The notes below the pieces were generated by a model. The model searched no databases. It had not been told where the DNA came from and was given only the letters and a program-made list of their open reading frames with translations. 64,000 bases of DNA from Antedon mediterranea (lineage: Eukaryota > Animalia > Echinodermata). The stretch spans positions 20,505,432 through 20,569,431 of the forward strand of contig NC_092679.1 in the NCBI RefSeq assembly GCF_964355755.1, written 5' to 3'. Of this stretch, positions 55,301 through 64,000 are shown piece after piece. Numbering within the stretch: position 1 is the first letter of the stretch; the number at the start of each line of letters is the position of its first letter. Made by a program: the position numbers and the translations under genes.

Positions 55301-58026
55301 AAATATTGTCTAGTTCAAGAAGAGACTATGTCTGTTACATCAATCATGACAAATGTAATTCATTAGAAGGATGCGATTGAAATAAAACTTAATTATTCTT
55401 TTGAAATTCATCATTGAACCACCATCCAAGTAACTGACAACTGGCTACGGTCAAGTAATTAGGTTAAAATTGATCTTTTACAATAATGAAATCAATGAAA
55501 TAACAACGTCGATTACTTTAATTATTATTAATAGGGTCGTAATGGAAAGGGTAGTATTTTTGTCTGGGCGTCTGGAGATGGTGGACCAGATGACGACTGC
55601 AATTGTGACGGCTACGCTTCCAGTATGTGGACCATATCAATAAATTCAGCAATAAACGACGGTCGGACTGCCCTCTACGATGAATCCTGTTCATCAACTT
55701 TAGCCTCTACATTTAGTAATGGACGCAACAGACATCCAGAAGCTGGGGTGGTACGTAGAGATTAATATTATTCTGTTTGAATAAATCATTTATGCAACAA
55801 CCAATTGAATAGAACAGAATATAAGTTATAATACGGCTGTAACTGATTAAACATTGAGAACACTCCATTCAATAACTTAGAAAAATTAGCGCCCTCATCG
55901 GATTATTTTGATTTTATACCAAAGTCGATTGTAGATGTCTGTTGACAACTTTCATCTAATTTTTTTTTTTTTTTTATCACGGGTACTATTGGCCAATGTT
56001 AAAAGACACTTAACTGCTCAACCAATCAACTTTAGGTTATTAAAATACTTTTTCAACACGCTAAACATATTTAAAATACTTATATAATATAATATTTCTT
56101 AATTTATCGTTGATTTTTTAGGCAACAACGGATTTATATGGAAACTGCACATTGTCTCACTCTGGAACATCCGCCGCGGCACCGGAAGCTGCTGGTGTAT
56201 TTGCTTTGGCGTTGTCTGCAAAGTAAGTAACCCTTAGTTTGAGAAGGGTAATACAACTGCTAAAAATGATAGACGTGTTATATTTTTAAAAGCATCATGA
56301 TTTTAAACCTAATAGAGAATAAAGTGTATTTCAATTTACAAGCTTTAAGAGGATTTAATTTAACAAAAGGGCTTGTCACCGATGCTATCACAACAGTAAT
56401 TTTGTATGGCATTGTTCTTACAGTCGAAACCTTACATGGCGAGATTTGCAGCACATTACGGTGTTGACATCTGACCGCAAACAGCTCTACGACGAGGTCT
56501 ACCAATGGCAATGCAACGGTGTTGGATTGCAGTTCAACCACCTCTTTGGTTTTGGCGTTCTAGATGCAGGAAAAATGGTGAAAATGGCGGCAAAATGGGA
56601 GACTGTCAGCGAACGATTCCATTGCACCGGGGCATCATACACAGGAAAAAGGTTAGTGACATTCATTGTTTATCGAATTGTTTTATAAGTGGGTAGTATT
56701 AGTGAAGAAACTTAGCAGATCTTCACTATCAAACTCGAGCTGAGGTTGAGTTTGGCAAGGAAGTTTTTTTTCTTAAAATTTGTGTAGACCAGTTGAAGTG
56801 AACTTTGACCAGCTACAAAAGATCATTTAGAAACAAGACTTATAGTCTACACTAGCAAATTTCAACAAAATTGTTGTGCCAAAGAAGAGTTTGGTAAAAT
56901 GTTCTAGTTATACTAGGCCTTAGGGGACAGGAATATTAGTGACTGACTGGAAAAGACTGATTTAAATTCTTGAATAATAGGCTCATTTACAGATGATTCT
57001 GAGACGTACTGGTTCAGAGATCTTAACATCTACATTTCTATTAAGTACGACAGGAAAACTTTGGAATACATGTATAAAAGATGACTATTTTACATATAAA
57101 ATCTCTTTTTTTTCAACAGCACAATTCCAAATAGACTTGAAGGCCCTCCATTAGAACTTCGACTAAATACCGATGGTTGCAAAGATCAAGATAACGCCAT
57201 CAAGTATCTTGAACACGTCCAGGCAATAATAACCTTAAACTCAACCCGTAGAGGTGACGTGGTTATCAATCTGATCTCACCAATGGGAACTAATAGCATG
57301 TTGCTCAGCACCAGACCTCGGGATGACGATAACATTGTAGGTTTCCAGAGCTGGCCATTCATGACGACTCACACCTGGGGTGAAGACCCGAAAGGCGAGT
57401 GGACCCTACAGGTGTCAATGAATGGTAACCCCATCGAGCATGGCACACTCTTAGCTTGGACATTAGTTCTACATGGCACCAAAACGGCACCATACATCGA
57501 CGAAGCAAAGTCAAAATCACCCTGCAAAGACATCAAAAAGGATTCAGAAACAGACGAAGAAAAAGCTGCCGAGGACGACAAAACATTGACAAAGGAAGAA
57601 GAAGAACTCGATGATGCTATCGACAACGACATCATTTCAGAATCTGCCAAGATTAATTTAAATACAAATAAGAACACAGAGATTGGCCCAGATATGTTCC
57701 AACAGCCTCCGTACCCAAATATCAACCCAAATGTACAACAGCAGCTTCCCCCAAAGATTAACCCAGACATGTACAAGAACCCATTTTATTACAACGAACA
57801 GGAGGATATCAACTCATACCAACAACCTCTAGAAGGAGACTTCTCATATATGAGTAGATTTTCTGACAAATTTGACCCGGAAGAAGAACCATCGTATGAC
57901 AGTTTGGAACTTACTGGAAACGAACTATGGGAAGACGATGACAAGTTGAAAGAGATAATTCGTGACATATTGAAGGAGAAGGAACGTTACAGATCACGTG
58001 GTTCACGTCCCTATTATAGGATATGA
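43342..58026 (+). CDS. PCSK2: Neuroendocrine convertase 2 (prohormone convertase PC2)
   Basis: Exons 43342-43524, 48205-48309, 48916-49074, 50328-50436, 50548-50662, 54615-54879, 55535-55750, 56122-56222, 56424-56651 and 57120-58026. Features: signal peptide, RSKR prodomain site, catalytic D (IMDDG), H (SHGTRCAGE), S (SGTSAAAP), PC2-specific oxyanion Asp (WASGDGG) and P-domain RRGD. Confidence 0.96.
46038..46220. mobile_element. ~180-bp palindromic MITE (AAGCGTGGTTCCCACTAG...CTAGTGGGAACCAAGC); related copies near 49650-50110, 51455-51600, 54915-55220, 60790-60940 and 61660-61965
   Basis: Long TIRs, many near-identical copies, TAA/TTA flanks. Confidence 0.85.
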
Positions 58027-60556
58027 TGGCCTTGAAATATTTTATTTAATTTTATTTATATAGTAAAAAATTTATTATCAATTTTGATTAGGTTCCCCGA
58101 TTTGACAACATTTGTATTAGTGCATTTACGCGGTATCTTTGTATACCGCTGTCTTGTAACATCCACTCACAAGGCGTCTCAAATTAAAGTTAGGCTTAGC
58201 CTATTTATGTAGATTCACAGACGATCAATATGGGTTAGAAATAGCCAGTAGACTACCGTTGCTTATAAGACAAACTAATTTAGATAAACATAACGTCCAA
58301 AATACTTTTGCCTTGTATATTGTTTATATAGTTTTATCAGTTGCTATAATTATTATATTATAAGATATATTTTTGTCAGAAGAAATATTAGGATTAAATG
58401 ATCTACGAAGAAATAGATGAGAACATACTGAAGGCCCAAATAACAATAAATTATAAAACTTTTGAATGGGGTCCTAAACACCACACGTCATACATATCTT
58501 ATAATTGTTCTAAACACATGCCTTTTTGGCAAAATTTATTCGCAAAGTATGTTATGGTGTAATGAAAGGTCGAATTATATATTTATATGGGTCTCTATAC
58601 ATTTGTATATATAATTATATATAAGGTTATTACTACTATAAGAAAATAGGAAATATATAATGATATAACAGTGTCTTACCAATTACACGTTTTAATTGTA
58701 GCGGGTGTTATAGCGATCTCCTTTCAAATCTGCAAAATCCAAATTATATACCGACAGATTTTTTGTTGCGATTCAGAGGCCGCGGTGGAAACGGCTCGGT
58801 AGGTGCGGCGGCCGCGGTCTAAACATTTTGATAACGATCAGCAGAGTATTTCCAAACCTCTGGGTGGTTACTTTTTCCAAAAGGTTTATACATCCTTACC
58901 CTCAAGCATATGGGGGTTATTGAACAATCCTAACGCCGTACCAATCATTGAATGCCTTCGCAATATTTCGTTCATTAGAAAGTTAGGGCATACATATGTG
59001 AAAGTGTTTCAAACCAAAGCACATACAGTAGGCCTCTAATGTCGATCAAACAACAGAATGTGTGACGTCACACAATAAGCACGAGCACAATACCTTTTTT
59101 TTTGCACCTGGGAGGGATAGTATGCCTAATAGTCATATGTTTGCTGTAAAGTTAAATTAAAAGAGGTAGAGAAACAATTTTAAACATTCAATTTTAATCA
59201 GATGCACTGGAACTCCCAAGAAAGAAAGTTATATTTTTCGTAGTGTAGTTTTAGAATAATTATGGGTTACTACCTAAACCTTTCGATAATTTAATTTAGT
59301 TAATAAAGAGTTTTCCTAATTTACTTTTTAAAATAGTCATGTCTTGATCAGTATTGGAAGATTCTCTTTCGGGAACCAATAGGGACGTCCCATGGATAGG
59401 TGTCTAAACAAAGGAGAGCTGTTTCTACAGTAGTTTTAAAAGTACCTCATACCGCAACCGTGATCATAATTATTACTTTTTAAAAATATTTTGAAATTAA
59501 CTATTAATTATGAAATGATACGAAATAGTGGCATAAATGCATACAGATACAGTATTGATAAAAACTACCATTGACTCGCGGTTACAACGCGTGTATTAAT
59601 CATGTGGCACGTGATCATTCAAACACTTGTAAAATGTGTACATCGACAATACAGGTTTTAAATTATTTCTATCGTGCCAATAGAGTACCCATGTGCGCAT
59701 GCATAGACAATTGCGGTGTGCCTTGCTTGCTCGATTCCTCGACAAAATCCGAGACAAGACAAAACTGAGTCTTGCGCCAAAAAATGTTCGTGTGCAAAAC
59801 CTGATACAGTATAATGGACGCGCGCGTCCACTTTAGTGTAAATGCATCATGATGTCACTTGTGATACATGTTAGATAATTATTATATGAAGTTAAAAAGG
59901 AATTTATTCACTTGGTACATAGTTTTGCATTTAAAGTTTTACAATATGTCCTGTGTGAGCTTATGACATTGTTAGTAGGTTTGGTCGCCTCGACACAATC
60001 TCTACCTTATAGGTTCAATATCATGTTACGCATCAATAATCATGACTATAATAATGTCAACAACATGGCGACTGTCAACAATTAACATAGAAAAGAGGAG
60101 TAATCCTGGTCACAACATGGCGACTGTTACATTGTCGTGCATGTGTAGTTGATCATAAATAAAACCTGTATACTACTATGATGCCATGGTGTTTGTTTTA
60201 AGTAATGTAATTTAAAATATGTGCAATGTTATATTAATTATTAAAATTTATTGGCAAAATGAAAAGTTATGACATTTATTTGAACTAGAAAAGCAGTTGT
60301 GTGAACGGGAGCTGTGCTAGTCTGGGTTCCAGACGGAGTTTTGTCTTAATATTAGTAAAAAGATAAATATTTTGGCACATATGGCGTTTCATACGTATAC
60401 TTTAGCTTGTAGTTTCAGACAAAAATCGAAATAAAATCAAATAAATAAAAAAGGACAATGAATACAGACTTGGGGCAAGTCTATGCATCATCCGTACAAT
60501 GAATATACACGCACCCTACAAATCGGCAGAGGTATTCTATATCTCAATGGCGCGCT

Positions 60557-63500
60557 TTATGAACTGCCTTTTTTCGTAATGGAATTATACGATTTTGGCA
60601 CTGTAGGTAATGGAGTCTGAACTTGAGTTGTTGGCGTGCCATTGAGTTGAGTACTTTCCCGCATTTTATCCTTTTCATGTTCTTCATCTGTTATTAAGTT
60701 CATTGACTCTTTTTCTGGCTGAACGTCGGTAAAATTCTGTAATCGGAAACAATTGACATTTAAATTCAGTAAAGGTCCATCTTGTCCTCTTAAGCGTGGT
60801 TCCCACTAGGACGCAAGGACGCAACGCTAAGTGATTTGACCAATCACAAGCGATAGATTATTCGAACAGGCGCATGTCATTGGTCATCTCGCTTGCGTTG
60901 CGTCTACTTCCTTGCGTTGCGTCCTAGTGGGAACCAAGCGTCAGATGGTTTCCAAATAATATACGCAACGACGCAAGGGCGTGAGCGCCAGACAACTAAT
61001 CACAACAAATGATCGATTATTATTCGAACTGTCGTTTGTCATTGGCCAACTCACTTGCGTTGCGCTTACGTCGTCCTTGCGTTAAGCCATGTGAATAAAG
61101 CTATAGCAAGCATTCGTTTCGGGACGGAGACGAAGACGAGGTTATTGCCTATATCTTAGCAGTGCCATATCTAGGCAATCGTATTGGTGCTATCCATAGG
61201 CCTACGTCATTGCCAGTGTATTGAAATGTATTTATTATTACCAAAGAACTTATAACACAAGAATCTCCTGTTCTTCAATTTGCATTCAAAACACAGTATC
61301 GGAAGTACAGGGTTAAAAGGTCAAACTGGGCGACGCCATTTCACAGCATGGAGCAGCGCCCCCTCCAAACTAGGAAGTCAATTACTCTACCCCCCTAGAG
61401 TATTAGCAGATCCCCTCTATGATTTTGACTTTCTAATTTGATGCGGGCGCCCTACTCCTCAGTCAATTACTCTATCCCCCCTAGAGCATTAGCAGATCCC
61501 CTCTATGATTTTGACTTTCTAATTTGATGCGGGCGCCCTACTCCATGGCTCACAATGGCGGCAACCATAGCCCTATTCTATCCCACAATGCCTTTCAAAA
61601 TTGTTACGCGCTTCGGACGAACAGGAGATTCTTGTGTTAAGTTCTTTGTTATTACTTTAAAGCGTGGTTCCCACTAGCCACGCAACGCAAGGACGTGACG
61701 TAACGCAACGCAAGTGAATTGACCAATCACAAGCGATGGCTTATTCGCTTGTGATTGCTAACTGTCTATAACTTCGCTTGTCATTGGTTAAAACGCTTGC
61801 GTTGCGTTTACGTCCTTGCGTTACGTTCTAGTGGGAACCAAGCTTCAAGCTTGGTTCCAACTGGTACGCAACGATGGATTATTCGAAGAGTCGCTTGTGA
61901 TGGGTCGACTTGCTTGCGTTGCGTCTACGGTCCTTGCGTTGCGTCCTAGTGGGGACAAACCTTAACTTACCCATCGTGCTAGACGAAACAGTACAAGAAA
62001 ACAGCACAATGAAACGCAATACACGATGCACGTGGTAGTCGAATTGTATTTTTCTATTAAGAATCCAGTCAGCACAGTGCCGATTCCTGGGCCTAGGTTG
62101 TGGAATAAGGAACATAAAAAGGCTATACATGTCGCAGTGAACTGTGGCGGGAATGAGTGAACTGTGTAAGATACCAAGGTGGTCCATACAGCAAAATATG
62201 ATGCTCCTAAATATGAAAAAAAATCATGACATCAGCTAGGAACTCTCCAATTACGTAGTAGAAAGAGTCGTGCACGTTATACCCTTACACAAGGTCAGGA
62301 TCGAACCCTGGACTTTTGGATCGGAAGACAAGAATGCTGACCAATCTACAGTTCCACTGATGTAATGAGGCAACATAAAGCAGTGTTATAATAAGCTTAA
62401 CACGGGCGTATGTATTAATGTTATGATGCATTACCTTATATAAAAAATTATAACGTCTAACTTTGTTAGGCCAATTTACACAGACGAGCGGAACGGTAAG
62501 CGGAAACCCGCGTGCTTGGTCCTAAGCGAGTTTCCGCTCCGCATTTTGTAAAAAAAAATAACATTCTTTCTATTATTGTATGTGTGTTTCCGCGTACCGT
62601 TTAACTTTACCGCGTACCGTTACCGCTCGTCTGTGTAAATTGGCCTTCACACGTCCATCATCAATACTATTATACATTGAACCCACATATGATTTATATA
62701 ATTATAAATATACACTCATACTAACCCATAACACACTCGATCGGAAGGATCAAGATAGGATTTGTCAGTATTCCTAATATGAAAAATCGAACAGCGTACA
62801 ACAGCAGCCCTAGTGTCAGTAAATTGATATGGCCTAGCCGTTCTAGGACAGCCGACTGGAAAAACAAGCCCCAGATCATCTCTGCGCTTGCTCGTAGAGC
62901 AGTTGCCGTTCCCATCAACAGCTGAGAGGCACCTGAGTGAAGACAACATTTTTTTTAGTTCTACCCCATTACACCTAATTCCTACCCGTTCATCCCCAAA
63001 AACTAAACCCCCATCCCCTTTGCGATTTCAATACCTCCTTCCCTGTATGAGCTGCAATTCATTCAATGCTTACCTATGTTTTCAAGATGCCAGTAAAAGT
63101 ACGAACCGAAGCTATTAACAATGCCAACAAACACAGCAAGAGCATAAACAGATACATTTTCCGGTTTGATAAGAATCATTACGAAATTCTTCACGTCATA
63201 TTCCTTATCATTTTGTATATTCTGTAAAATAAAGGTATAATTATAAAAATGGAAATCAAACGCTAAAAAAAAACTGAGCAAAATGCTTGCATAGACCGAT
63301 AGAGAGCGTGCTATCTACTAATTGAAGATACTCAACTCGAGATCCAAATCAGCTTGACGTTACGTCAGTATAGTATAATAATATAGGCTAACATAACATA
63401 TACAAACAATACACGTTTGAAAATGTTAATGCCGAAAAGATGATTTGCAAGCATTTCACCAAGTTAGTTCACTCGAAATTGAATGAACTTGAGAAAAGAC

Positions 63501-63768
63501 ACTTCCCTACACTTTCCCTTTCACACACAGGCCGGCGTTTACGAATTACCGCAATATTACCGTCTTACAGCTCTGTGTGAAAGGAAGGGGCTTAATTGGT
63601 TTAGAAACACTTACGTCATATTTAAGCGTGCATGCGATAGGTAATGCAGCTACATAGAAGCACGCCATTAGTATAAACGCACATCTGTAGTCAGTAAGAG
63701 TAAAATCAATGCCACAAATTGTGAAGACTTTCCGGAAGTATTGCAAAACACCACCGCTTAGCAGAGAT
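60557..63768 (-). CDS. MFSD6-like major facilitator superfamily transporter, last five coding exons; 5' part lies beyond the window end
   Basis: In-phase exons 63768-63561, 63221-63074, 62932-62726, 62206-61971 and 60736-60557 (TAA). Motifs DYRCAF, YFYWHLENIGASQLLMG, ERLGH...YAVRF, ILPIECVMG and GLGPGIGTVLTG-type helices. Confidence 0.85.
61251..61650. mobile_element. ~400-bp MITE with an internal ~85-bp tandem duplication
   Basis: CAAAGAACTTATAACACAAGAATCTCCTGTTC pairs with GAACAGGAGATTCTTGTGTTAAGTTCTTTG. Confidence 0.75.
62469..62645. mobile_element. MITE with GGCCAATTTACACAGACGAGCGG terminal inverted repeats
   Basis: Perfect ~23-bp TIR with a TTA left flank. Confidence 0.8.
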
Positions 63769-64000
63769 CTAGGGTGAAAAATTATGTTATGCTATGTTAT
63801 ATAAATATGTTTATATTTGAAAACGCCGCCTATAGGCCTAAAGACAAGACGTACAGTAATTCACCTTATTCTTTGTAGTTATTACATTATTCATTCTTGA
63901 TTACAAATTCATAAAAGGTAAAGTCTCATTCTGATGGATATCCTCATCAATTTCAATAAACTATAGCAATTAACGATAACCTATATTTCCTTATCCTGGA

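Overview
AT-rich, intron-containing metazoan DNA (probably a marine invertebrate; the taxon is my inference). It holds four host genes reconstructed from splice sites: MCM8 (minus, 10 coding exons, continues past the left edge), a single-coding-exon SLC10A3/A5-like transporter (minus), prohormone convertase PC2/PCSK2 (plus, 10 exons, long acidic C-tail) and the 3' part of an MFSD6-like transporter (minus). The main non-genic structure is a ~22-kb Ginger1-type DNA transposon (10621-32610) bounded by TGTAAGATT...AATCTTACA inverted ends and a CCGG target-site duplication. It encodes a spliced Gypsy-like integrase fused to an OTU protease, possibly followed by a decayed piggyBac-type Cys finger. 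The integrase is inactivated by a GGCCTA insertion that creates TAGGCCTA, a motif strongly over-represented across the window. The element also carries nested Helentron-type repeats, a (TA)n-flanked Penelope element with a hammerhead ribozyme, tandem tRNA-like units and a 132-bp satellite.
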